64,000 nucleotides of DNA from positions 224,001 through 288,000 of the forward strand of contig OZ223481.1 of NCBI GenBank assembly GCA_965140785.1, read 5' to 3'. The notes beneath the pieces were generated by a model. That model worked only from the letters and a program-made list of their open reading frames with translations. It did not search any database and was not told the DNA's origin. The translations under genes were made by a program, and so were the position numbers. Numbering within the stretch: position 1 is the first letter of the stretch; every line of letters starts with the position of its first letter. Below are positions 9,521 through 18,060 of this stretch, piece after piece. Source of the stretch: an uncultured Ruficoccus sp. GTDB lineage: Bacteria > Verrucomicrobiota > Verrucomicrobiia > Opitutales > Cerasicoccaceae.

Positions 9521-10120
9521 CTACAAGAGCATCCAGAGAATGTACCGGTTGCCGTCGATCGTGAGCCATTCGGAGTCGTCGATCCCAACCGCCCGGACAT
9601 GGTCGAAGGGGTGGTTGCGTTTGAGGGCGGTCTCGATGACGAGGCGGTTGCTGCCCGTGCTCTCGGTGCGCAGGTCCAGTAACTGGACCCCGGCCTTGAT
9701 CCGCAGGAAATCCCCGCCCAGCGCGGGCTCGGGGCTGAGTTTTATGTCCGTTACGCTGAGCACATAATCCTCAAAAGTCGTGACGACGGTGTCGCAGCCC
9801 GGCCCGACAAGCACGGACAGCCGGACCGGCTTACCCGCGATGATCGCCTCAAGACCGATGAGGACATTGTCCGCTGTCTTGTATTTTGCCAGCAGCGGAT
9901 CGTTCAGGATGGGGTTGGCCTGGAGCAGTTCGCGCAGCTTGGGCCGGACGTTGCGCAGATCCAGGCGGTCGAGGGTGGGCTTGGGCGCGTACTGCACCAG
10001 CTCTTCGAGGATGCCGTCGCTGGAGGCGGGGCTTGCCGGTGCCTCCGGCGCGAAACTGTCGTCGGCGTGCAGGCCGCACGCGGCCAGCAGCAGCAAAAGG
10101 GTCATCAAGGGGCGGTACAT
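9521..10120 (-). CDS. Secreted hypothetical protein, probable paralog of 10490-11350
   Basis: Signal peptide MYRPLMTLLLLLAACGLHA; shares motifs with its neighbour. Confidence 0.75.
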   Translation of the reverse strand: MYRPLMTLLLLLAACGLHADDSFAPEAPASPASSDGILEELVQYAPKPTLDRLDLRNVRPKLRELLQANPILNDPLLAKYKTADNVLIGLEAIIAGKPVRLSVLVGPGCDTVVTTFEDYVLSVTDIKLSPEPALGGDFLRIKAGVQLLDLRTESTGSNRLVIETALKRNHPFDHVRAVGIDDSEWLTIDGNRYILWMLL

Positions 10121-10144
10121 AACTCGGGCGATGGGCGAGGATAA

Positions 10145-10310
10145 TAGGCCACGTGGACAAAATAGCTCATGTCGCCCCCTTTGGCGCTTTTAGCCCCCAA
10201 ATCCATGTCCTCAGCTCGACAATTCGGCAAATTGCCTCGCTTCGAAACCTGAATTTCGGGCTCAAAAATCGCCTTCGGTTGCTCGTTCCGTATTTTGTCC
10301 ACGCGGCCTA
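10145..10310. mobile_element. MITE, 166 bp, with IS5-family-like TIRs
   Basis: 20-bp TIRs TAGGCCACGTGGACAAAATA (10145-10164) and TATTTTGTCCACGCGGCCTA (10291-10310), 1 mismatch, TA at both ends. Confidence 0.8.
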
Positions 10311-10489
10311 GGGTTATCCCCGGTTTATTCAGAAATGAAAGGGCGAAGCTTTCACGCTGACGCATCCTCCGCCGGGCGACGAACTTTTTTTGTGCCTCTG
10401 GCCAGGGAACTCCGTTTCCGTCCTCGCTGGCAACGAGCCGCCGATGTGTAGTTAAAAACGGATACGCAAGCCTCTCTGCACTCTCGCCC

Positions 10490-11350
10490 TCACCACAGGA
10501 ACCAGAAAATGCGGTCCATCTTCTGCGTGGTTTCGTTGCCGTCCTTATCGGTAGTGACACGGGTCGAGGTCAGCCCACCGGTGCAGATCACTTTGTCGCG
10601 TTCGAGCACCATGCTCGAGCGGACTTGACCGCGAGGCGTTACAGGCTCCTGTGCGTCTGGCTTGGCTGGAGGATCGAGGGTGATGAGCTCGCCCTTCTCA
10701 TTATAAAAGTACCCGCTCTCACGGACATTCAGGCCGGGTTCTTCGGGAAAAAACACGCTCACGAGTATTTTGAAATCGAGTCGAGGGACGCTTAAACGCT
10801 CCTCGGTCTCCAGCTCGCTCACAGAAATCACGGTACCGTCCACCGTCGCCGCGCCACGGGTGGCGGTGATGGGCAGTACCAGCGTGATGTCGCGGACGAC
10901 TTCGCCGTCGGCGGTTTCAATCAGGCCGACCACGAGGTCGTCCGGCCCCTTCAGGCCCTGTTTCAGCAGCCGGTTGGCCTTGATCGTTTGCTCCAGCAGC
11001 GACAGCGGCAGCGAGTTTTCGGGGAGTGTCAACATGGGCTTCTGAATGCTGATTCGCTCGATGACTTTCGCGTTTTCGGCCCGTTGCTGTTGCTCGGCTT
11101 CCTGTTGCTCAGAAGAAAAAGGATTGTCTGGCACGTCGCCGGGCGTCTCCTGGGTGATGACGCCCAGCCCTCCACGGTGCCCGGTATCCGGACTGGTGGG
11201 GGTGAGCGCCTCATTGGAGGTTGGCTCCGTCTGGCTGTCGGTGGTTCCTTGCGAGGGAGCCGAGAAGCTGGTGGAGAGTGACCTTTCGGCCAGCAGCAGG
11301 CTGCAACTGACGGTGAGGGCGAGAAACAGGGCAACGAGCGGGCGGTTCAT
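10490..11350 (-). CDS. Secreted hypothetical protein
   Basis: Signal peptide, Ser/Thr/Pro/Gln-rich linker and a globular C-terminal domain. Confidence 0.75.
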   Translation of the reverse strand: MNRPLVALFLALTVSCSLLLAERSLSTSFSAPSQGTTDSQTEPTSNEALTPTSPDTGHRGGLGVITQETPGDVPDNPFSSEQQEAEQQQRAENAKVIERISIQKPMLTLPENSLPLSLLEQTIKANRLLKQGLKGPDDLVVGLIETADGEVVRDITLVLPITATRGAATVDGTVISVSELETEERLSVPRLDFKILVSVFFPEEPGLNVRESGYFYNEKGELITLDPPAKPDAQEPVTPRGQVRSSMVLERDKVICTGGLTSTRVTTDKDGNETTQKMDRIFWFLW

Positions 11351-11406
11351 GCCTGTGGTTTAGCGTACCGGGCGGTAGGAGACGATACTATTTCGCGGGT
11401 GCCCAC

Positions 11407-11439
11407 AAAAAAAACCGGCGCGGGGATGGCCCGCACCGG
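11407..11439 (-). terminator. Intrinsic terminator of the SET gene
   Basis: Minus strand CCGGTGCGGG-CCATC-CCCGCGCCGG followed by T8. Confidence 0.75.
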
Positions 11440-11469
11440 CTTAGCACACATGACATATGGATCGTTGTT

Positions 11470-12015
11470 TCAGTCCGCACAAAAGACCGTCTCGGTCACA
11501 ACGACGCTTTTGACCAGGGAGCGGGGGAGGGTGCGACGGCGCGGGCGTGGCTCGCTCACCTCGGGTGAGCAGGTCAGGTCGCTCCAGGGGCACAGGTCGT
11601 AGTGGCCGTAGTTTTCTAAAATCTCCTCGCCCTCGTGGATGTCCCGCAGCGCGACCGAGCACAGCGGGTCGCCGTTGGAGGGAGCGCCGGAGTTGGGCTC
11701 GTCGGAGTGGTTGACATAGCGGGCATTGTCCAGGCACACGATGATGCAGTCCAGCCGCTGTGAGTAGTATCCGTAGATGCGGGCCGCATTGAGGATACCG
11801 TTGATGGCTTTGTTCGTGCGCGAACCGGCCAGCGTTTCGAGTTGCACGCGGCCGAGCAGGAGCACGTTGTCCACCGTGGCTTTCCACCACGAGGTACCGG
11901 CGGGGATAAACGTCCGGGCGAAGAGGCCACAGCCATGGATGGGACTGGGCCGGACCTCCGCGAAGTCGCCGATCAGGCTATCGCGGGGGAGGACAGAAAC
12001 AGCGTTTCTAGGCAT
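11470..12015 (-). CDS. SET-domain protein (putative lysine methyltransferase)
   Basis: SPIHGCGLFA..IPAG, ARYVNHSDEPN and ALRDIHEGEEILENY. Confidence 0.9.
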   Translation of the reverse strand: MPRNAVSVLPRDSLIGDFAEVRPSPIHGCGLFARTFIPAGTSWWKATVDNVLLLGRVQLETLAGSRTNKAINGILNAARIYGYYSQRLDCIIVCLDNARYVNHSDEPNSGAPSNGDPLCSVALRDIHEGEEILENYGHYDLCPWSDLTCSPEVSEPRPRRRTLPRSLVKSVVVTETVFCAD

Positions 12016-12380
12016 TTTTCGATCAGTGAGGGAATCAACTGGCCGAGCACGCAATCCCGACGGTGGTTGCCACCGTCCGCAGCCGATTATTTGCTCCTTC
12101 GTCCCTGCCTCCTCAACGGATGCGACCACAGGAACAAAAACCGGGCGTTCAAGCCAAGAATTGAAGGTGGTTGTGGTGCGTTGAGTAAGGATGCCGCGGA
12201 TCCGATATGGGACCGCACACGGACAATATTAATCGACGAAAAACTATCTGTGTTATTTCGCCCCAAATGTCGAGTATCCAATGCGTGTTTTCTAATAATT
12301 TCTGCGAAGAAATTTGGCGGGCGGGCGGGGCGTTTTTCCGCGCTCGACAGCCCCCGGCGGTGCAGGCAGGCTGGGCGGAT

Positions 12381-12824
12381 ATGAAGCCCGTTCGTCCGCT
12401 CGCTTTTATCCGGTTGCCCGCCCTCTGCGCGTGCCTGCTGATGCTGGCCGCGCCGGCCTGGGCGCTGCCCGATCGGGAGATCGCCGGACGCGAGGCCGCC
12501 GAGGTCTGGCTGGCCTTGGTGGACGGTGGCAAGTACGCCGAAAGCTGGCAGGCCGCCGCCCCCCTTTTTCGCAGCTCCATCCCCGAACAGAAGTGGACCG
12601 AGCTGATGAAGCAGGTGCGCACCCCGCTGGGAGCGGTCGAGAGCCGCAAGCTCAAGGCTCTCTTCTACACCGACGCGCTGCCGGAGGCCCCGCCGGGGGA
12701 ATTCGTTGTCGTCCAGTTCGAGACGAAGTTCGCCGGGCGCGAGGATACGGCGCTGGAAACCGTCACCCCGATGCTCGACCCCGAGACCGGCGCCTGGCAA
12801 GTCTGCGGCTACTACATCAAGTAA
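12381..12824 (+). CDS. DUF4019 domain secreted protein
   Basis: Signal peptide; AA..WLALVD.GKY..SW..AA..F, R.PLG.V.SR, LP.APPG.FVVVQF.T.F and W.V.GYYIK. Confidence 0.88.
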   Translation: MKPVRPLAFIRLPALCACLLMLAAPAWALPDREIAGREAAEVWLALVDGGKYAESWQAAAPLFRSSIPEQKWTELMKQVRTPLGAVESRKLKALFYTDALPEAPPGEFVVVQFETKFAGREDTALETVTPMLDPETGAWQVCGYYIK

Positions 12825-12850
12825 CCAACGCTCGGCGTTTGATCCGCATG

Positions 12851-12886
12851 AGGGGCGCTGCCCCTACGGCACAGCGTACCTACCCC
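12851..12886 (-). repeat. GTAG-type REP copy
   Basis: AGGGGCGCTGCCCCTACGGCACAGCGTACCTACCCC matches the reverse complement of 16814-16849. Confidence 0.7.
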
Positions 12887-12976
12887 AAGAACTGGTTTTT
12901 TCAGGCGGAAAATACCCTCCCTTAAAGCGGACCTTCGGTGACCCGGAGGGCCACGAGTCCAAAGTTCCGCCCCGGA

Positions 12977-14518
12977 TCAGGCGGGAGAATCGGGGCCGAA
13001 GTCGCCCGGCAGGTGGCCCTCGGGAGACTGGTTCCCCGGAGGCTTCTTGCCCTCTATCCCGGCCATCTTGCGGGCGATCTCGCCCTCCAGGTAAAGCGAG
13101 CGGGTGGGGAAGGCGATGGAGGAGCCGCGGGCTTTGATCGCCTCCATGATCTTGCAGTTGATACGCTGGCGCACGTCCATGTACTCCAGCCACGCGGTGG
13201 AGGTGGTGAAGTAGTACACGAGGATGTCGAGCGAGCTGTCCCCGAAGTCGGTGAAGCTGACCAGCATGAACTCCTGGTTCACGCCCTCGTCCTCGCGCAG
13301 GATCTGGCGGATGTCCTCGACGATCAGCTGCATGTCCTCGGCGCTCGTCTCGTAGGTGACGCCGACGTACTGCTTGACGCGGCGCTTGGGCATGCGCGAC
13401 CAGTTGTTGACGTACTCGTTGGCCAGGATCGAGTTGGGGATGGACATGACGGTCTTGGGCCAGGTGCGCACCTTGGTCGAGCGCAGGCCGATCGCCTCCA
13501 CGTCGCCGTCCACCTTGTCCCCCACGATGATCCAGTCCCCGACCTTGAAGGGCCGGTCCATCACGATCATGAGCGAGCCGAAGAAGTTGGCCACGGTGTC
13601 CTTGGCGGCGAGGGCGACGGCCGCCCCGCCCAGTCCGAGGGTGGCGATGATCCCGGCCACATTGTAGCCCATATTGTCAATGACCATGAGCATGCCCACG
13701 CACAGGATAAAGGCCTTGGTCGTCTTCCTCAGCAGCGGGATGAAGCCGAAGATGGCGGACTTCTTGTCCTTGATACGGCCGCTGAGCACAATGGCGATCA
13801 TGTCGGTCAGGCGCAGCATGGCCCAGACGATGACCAGCATGGTGCCGCCGTGGAAGAGATTCTGGATCAGCAGCGCGAGGTCGTCGTCCAGCGGCAGGGT
13901 GGCGAGCGAGATATAGATCCCCACCAGCAGGATGAACCACGAGACGGGCTTCTCCAGGGCATTGACCAAGTGGTCGTCGAAGTCGATCCGGGTCTTGGCG
14001 GTAAAGCCCTTGAGCCGGCGGAAAATGAAGGCTGCGATGAGATTGCGGAAGATCACCGAGCAGAGCAGGATGACAAAGCTCACCGTGAGGTCCCCGGCGG
14101 TGAAGCTGAAGACGCGCATATTCCAGAAGCCGCCCGTGAGCGAGAAGGGCGCCTTGAGATGCTCGGGCTTTTCCTCCTCTTTCTTTTTCAGCGAGGGGGA
14201 ACCGTCGGCATCCTTTTTGTCGTCCGTCTGTTGGCTGGCGGAGCCCTTCTCGGCGGGAGCTTCGCTCAGGGGGGGGGAGGGCTTCTGCTCGCTCTTGAGC
14301 GTGTCCGTGGTCGCCACGGCGGCGGCGGCGAGGCTGGTCAGCTCGGAGCCGGTGCTTGCTTCGTCCGCGGCGGGCGTGGCCTGCCCGTCCGATGAGGGCT
14401 GGGTACTGGTCGGGGCATCCGTGGTCGGCGTCTGGGGGGTCTCGGCGGAATCCTGGGCCGTCAGAGGCAGCGCGAGGGAGAACAGCAGGGATGCACAGAG
14501 GAGTTGCAGGGCTCGCAT
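12977..14518 (-). CDS. mscS: MscS-family mechanosensitive channel with exported low-complexity N-terminus
   Basis: LGLGGAAVALAAKDTVANFFGS...DRPFKVGDWI, G.VE.IGLRSTKVRT, IPNS, NWSR and IAFPTR. Confidence 0.92.
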   Translation of the reverse strand: MRALQLLCASLLFSLALPLTAQDSAETPQTPTTDAPTSTQPSSDGQATPAADEASTGSELTSLAAAAVATTDTLKSEQKPSPPLSEAPAEKGSASQQTDDKKDADGSPSLKKKEEEKPEHLKAPFSLTGGFWNMRVFSFTAGDLTVSFVILLCSVIFRNLIAAFIFRRLKGFTAKTRIDFDDHLVNALEKPVSWFILLVGIYISLATLPLDDDLALLIQNLFHGGTMLVIVWAMLRLTDMIAIVLSGRIKDKKSAIFGFIPLLRKTTKAFILCVGMLMVIDNMGYNVAGIIATLGLGGAAVALAAKDTVANFFGSLMIVMDRPFKVGDWIIVGDKVDGDVEAIGLRSTKVRTWPKTVMSIPNSILANEYVNNWSRMPKRRVKQYVGVTYETSAEDMQLIVEDIRQILREDEGVNQEFMLVSFTDFGDSSLDILVYYFTTSTAWLEYMDVRQRINCKIMEAIKARGSSIAFPTRSLYLEGEIARKMAGIEGKKPPGNQSPEGHLPGDFGPDSPA

Positions 14519-14556
14519 GGGCAAACGCTATAGCAGCCCCTGCCACTGCCGAAAGC

Positions 14557-14589
14557 AAAAAAGGAGGCCTCTGACAGACAGAGGCCCCC
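14557..14589 (-). terminator. Intrinsic terminator of the EF-hand gene
   Basis: Minus strand GGGGGCCTCTG-TCTGT-CAGAGGCCTCC followed by T6. Confidence 0.75.
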
Positions 14590-14631
14590 ATGGTTGTACG
14601 GATGACTTATCGGATTATCGGAGGAAGCATT

Positions 14632-15195
14632 CTATCTCGCCGGAGCTGGCTCGGGGGCATTACCGGGAGCGGGCGACGGTCCCTGCCGGTGCTGGCGGTG
14701 TTCCTGCATGGCGGCGCGGATTTCCTCGCGGTTGAGTTTGCCGTCGCCGTCAGTGTCGAAACGCTCAAGCATCTGCTGGGCGAATGCGTCGGCCCGGGCC
14801 TGCTCTTCCGGGCTGAGCTGGCCGTCCTGGTCGGCATCGAAGCGCCGCAACTGGTGCTGGTGGCGGATTTCTTCACGGGCGTTCTGGCGTTCCTGCTGGT
14901 CGAGGCTGCCGTCGCCGTCGGCGTCAAAGCGGGCGATCATCTGCTGGCGGGGTTCCTGCCGGGAGCCGGGCGGTTGGCGGCCCTCGGCGCTGCGGGCTTC
15001 GCGGGCGGCTTGTTTTTCCTTGGGCGAGAGCTTGCCGTCACCATCGGTGTCGAAGCGCTCCTTGCCGGACGGGTTTTGCTGGCAGCTCTGGCAGCCTTGG
15101 CCGGGGCCGGATTTCTGCTGCTGCGCGTGGAGGGCGAGGGGGGCGGCGAGGCTGCCGGCCAGGCCCAGGAGGGCGATTGCGTGGAATATTCTCAT
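14632..15195 (-). CDS. Secreted EF-hand calcium-binding protein
   Basis: Signal peptide; four loops DTDGDGKLSPKE, DADGDGSLDQQE, DADQDGQLSPEE and DTDGDGKLNREE. Confidence 0.88.
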   Translation of the reverse strand: MRIFHAIALLGLAGSLAAPLALHAQQQKSGPGQGCQSCQQNPSGKERFDTDGDGKLSPKEKQAAREARSAEGRQPPGSRQEPRQQMIARFDADGDGSLDQQERQNAREEIRHQHQLRRFDADQDGQLSPEEQARADAFAQQMLERFDTDGDGKLNREEIRAAMQEHRQHRQGPSPAPGNAPEPAPAR

Positions 15196-15305
15196 GGGTA
15201 TTGATGGGTTGCGGGGAGTGGCCTAAGAATAATCAGGTAAACCGGTTCCGGGATAAAAAGTTGCACTTCGCGCAGAAGGAGGGAAAATACCCGGCATCCA
15301 CGGCC

Positions 15306-15656
15306 ATGTATCAGGTCAACTTCAGCGAACAAGCGATGCACGAACTCAACAGCCTCGGGATCGAGGTGCAGATGCCGCTCATCGAAAAATTCACCAGCCT
15401 CACCAGCGAGGAGCTGGCGCACCCGAAGGACGAGCTCGGCCACTTCATCCGTGACGGGCGCACGTACTACCGGCTGCGCGCGGGCGAGTTTCGCATCTAC
15501 TTTGAGCAGCGTGGCGACACGCTCTACAGCCACTACATCCTGCACCAGCATTCACTGGCCGACTTCATTTTCCGCTTCAAGCTTCCCTACAAGGAGGAAA
15601 CGCTGGTCGAGCAGCACCAGTCGTTCTGGAAGTACATCGAAAGCCTCTACAAGTGA
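15306..15656 (+). CDS. RelE/ParE-fold protein without adjacent antitoxin
   Basis: MYQVNFSEQA..EL and YRLRAGEFRIYF match the RelE YRLRVGDYRI motif; about 30-aa C-terminal extension. Confidence 0.75.
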   Translation: MYQVNFSEQAMHELNSLGIEVQMPLIEKFTSLTSEELAHPKDELGHFIRDGRTYYRLRAGEFRIYFEQRGDTLYSHYILHQHSLADFIFRFKLPYKEETLVEQHQSFWKYIESLYK

Positions 15657-15763
15657 GTTTGAATGGTTGATTGTTAATGGTTAAATGTTTGATTGCCATT
15701 GTCCTCCAGTTTCCCCGGGCGTGCGTCGATAAATGAGCCGCGTCCACCCCCCTCTCACACATC

Positions 15764-16636
15764 ATGTCCGACCCATCCAACGAAAAACCGGAGAACCTCT
15801 GGAAAGACACCGCCGAGGCCGGGCGTATCTACATCCTGCCCAACCTCTTCACCGCCGGGAACCTCTTTTTCGGGTTTCTGGCCATCATCTGGTGCATCCG
15901 GGGCAAGTACGCCACCGCCGATGAAGTCGAGTCGGCCCGCTTTTTCACCGAGGCAGTTTTCTTTATCCTCGGGGCGGCCTTCTGCGATGCCCTGGACGGG
16001 CGGGTGGCCCGGCTCGGGGGCCGCGAATCGCTCTTTGGCAAGGAGTTCGACTCCATCGCCGACGTGGTTTCCTTCGGCATGGCCCCGGCGCTGATGATGT
16101 TCTTCCTCATCCTCGACCCGACCACGGGCTATCCCTTTTTCCGCCAGATCGGCTGGCTGATCGGCTTCGTCTATCTGCTGTGCGCGGGGGTACGGCTGGC
16201 GCGCTTCAACGTCTTCACCAACCCCTACATCCCGCAGGCCAATATCGGCTCGGCCCACGCCAAGGCGGATGACTTCCTCGGGCTGCCCGCCCCGATGGCT
16301 GCGGGGACGGTGGCCTCGCTCGTGCTGGTCATGCTCAACTTCGACCTGAAGGCCTTTTCGCTGCTGCTGCCGCCGCTCATGCTGCTCATCGCCTGGCTCA
16401 TGATCAGCCTCATTCCGTACCCGTCTTTCAAGCACGTGGGCTGGCAGACCCACATGCAGACCCGCCACTTCATCGGCCTGATCATCCTGGCGGCGCTCCT
16501 TTTCCAGTTCTGGCGCTTCTCCTTCGCCGTTGTCTTCCTGCTGTATATTTTCTGGGGGCTGTACAAGAGTATCCAGCACCGTCGCCGCGACCGCAAAAAC
16601 GGCGACGCCGACGAGCCCGAACCGCCCTCGGTTTAA
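15764..16636 (+). CDS. pssA: CDP-diacylglycerol--serine O-phosphatidyltransferase
   Basis: LPNLFTAGNLF.G, D.LDGRVAR....S.FG.EFDSIADVVSFG.APAL, RLARFN and F.GLP.P. Confidence 0.92.
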   Translation: MSDPSNEKPENLWKDTAEAGRIYILPNLFTAGNLFFGFLAIIWCIRGKYATADEVESARFFTEAVFFILGAAFCDALDGRVARLGGRESLFGKEFDSIADVVSFGMAPALMMFFLILDPTTGYPFFRQIGWLIGFVYLLCAGVRLARFNVFTNPYIPQANIGSAHAKADDFLGLPAPMAAGTVASLVLVMLNFDLKAFSLLLPPLMLLIAWLMISLIPYPSFKHVGWQTHMQTRHFIGLIILAALLFQFWRFSFAVVFLLYIFWGLYKSIQHRRRDRKNGDADEPEPPSV

Positions 16637-16814
16637 GAGCTCATTCGCCTGTTTTGATAAAAAGAGGGGGATTTAACAGGAAGGTCGGGAAGATCGAAAA
16701 GAAAGTAGATACAAATCCTTTCCGTGCCGGAGGTGCGCTGTCTACGAAAAGAATTCCCATGGCATTTCCCCAAGAAATTCGCATCCATGTGCATATCAAG
16801 GGTAAAGGGCTGGG

Positions 16815-16875
16815 GGTAGGGACGCAGTGCCGTAGGGGCGGAGCCCCTTAGTGTCCAGTGCGGTCACGCACCGTA
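16815..16875 (+). repeat. GTAG-type REP unit supplying the stop codon of the adjacent gene
   Basis: The reverse complement of 16831-16875 nearly equals 9368-9411 (TACGGTGCGTGACCGCACTGGACA...AAGGGGCT.CGCCCCTACG). Confidence 0.75.
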
Positions 16876-17250
16876 CCAGTTGTGGAAACCGGTGATCTTG
16901 CCCGCTTCGTCGAAGTGGAGGTGGAGGGCATTGGCCATGTCAAAGGTGCTGCCGTCGCGGTTCTTGCCGGTCACGCGCACGATGCAGGCGATGGCCCGCC
17001 CTGGCGCATCGACGATACGATCCGTGTAGCGGGCCTCGAAGGTGTCCACCAGCTCGAAAAACCGGCGGTACTCCTCCGCGATGGCGGCGGGCGTGGAGGC
17101 GGCCTTGGAATTCCACGCGCTGGAGTCGTCGCCAAGCCCGTGCACGCGGTAGGTGTGCTCCGGAGCGAAGCAGGCGGCCACAGCGGCGGCGTCACGGCCA
17201 TTGACGGCCTCGCCGTAGGCGTCCAGCAGGGCGTTCGGGTCGGGGCTCAC
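16864..17250 (-). CDS. NTF2/SnoaL-like protein
   Basis: LLDAY.EAVN.RD..AVAACFA..., FDEAGKI; the GTG start overlaps the upstream TGA. Confidence 0.8.
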   Translation of the reverse strand: MSPDPNALLDAYGEAVNGRDAAAVAACFAPEHTYRVHGLGDDSSAWNSKAASTPAAIAEEYRRFFELVDTFEARYTDRIVDAPGRAIACIVRVTGKNRDGSTFDMANALHLHFDEAGKITGFHNWYGA

Positions 17251-17879
17251 GCGCGCGCCAGGTCCAGTTCCTCGGCCAGATCGCAGCAACGCTCGACCAT
17301 GTGCTCGAGTACGCGGCGCTTTTTCTCGTCATAGGCCAGACCAAATTCCAGGTAGGTGAGGGTGCCGTCCTTGAGTTCGAGGAAGCCGTTGCCCTGAGTC
17401 CACTCGTTTTCAAAGGTGCGCTGCCACTCGCGTCCGAAGAACGTGGCGACCCCTTCCGGGTTGTTCGAGCGGATGGAAAAGAGCCGGTCGAACTCGGTGT
17501 CGCCGGTCGGCGTGTACTTGAGCCGCCCGACCTGCCCGAGCTTGGAGAGGGCCTTCTGCTTGACCACGGTGAAGCGCAGCTTGGCGGGGGCGCGGGTGGC
17601 CACCCGGATCGCCATGTCCGTCTGGCGTGTGTTGTCCAGCCCGTAGCCCTTGGGAAAGATCGCCAGCTCGCGTCCGCGGTAGCGCCCGTAGAGGGTGGGA
17701 TTACGCCGGTAGAGGCCGAGCATGGTGGCGGGCGGGACGGTCAGCTCCAGCTCGAACTTTTCCCCCAGCGCGGCCATCTGCGCCTCCAGCTTGCGGAAAT
17801 TGCGCAGGTGGGTCATGACGGCGGCGATGCACACGATGATAAAGGCGCCGCCGACCACAGCGAGTAGTATCCATTCCAT
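17247..17879 (-). CDS. Membrane-anchored hypothetical protein
   Basis: Single N-terminal TM helix; TGD.EFDR.F.I.S motif. Confidence 0.75.
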   Translation of the reverse strand: MEWILLAVVGGAFIIVCIAAVMTHLRNFRKLEAQMAALGEKFELELTVPPATMLGLYRRNPTLYGRYRGRELAIFPKGYGLDNTRQTDMAIRVATRAPAKLRFTVVKQKALSKLGQVGRLKYTPTGDTEFDRLFSIRSNNPEGVATFFGREWQRTFENEWTQGNGFLELKDGTLTYLEFGLAYDEKKRRVLEHMVERCCDLAEELDLARA

Positions 17880-18021
17880 TGGATAACACGCTTAGCGCCC
17901 CCCGCCGCTCTTGCCAAGCGTGTTCGGCCTCATATCCCTTCTAAAAAAGAAAGAGTATGATAGAGTACCTCTGCTAAAAAGCGTGGAATCAGGTAAGGTG
18001 ATCGCCATGGCTTTGCCATCA

Positions 18022-18060
18022 GTGATCCGAAGGATCGCAGGTGCAGGACGCTGTCCTGCT
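18022..18060 (+). repeat. Double-hairpin dispersed repeat, copy 1
   Basis: GTGATCCGAAGGATCGCAGGTGCAGGACGCTGTCCTGCT; abuts the proA stop. Confidence 0.7.

Noticed and set aside
10105..10560. 151-aa minus-strand ORF
   Set aside because: It runs through the MITE and overlaps both flanking genes.
15660..15696. Degenerate heptamer run (ATGGTTG ATTGTTA ATGGTTA)
   Set aside because: Only about 4-5 imperfect units; too short to assign a function.
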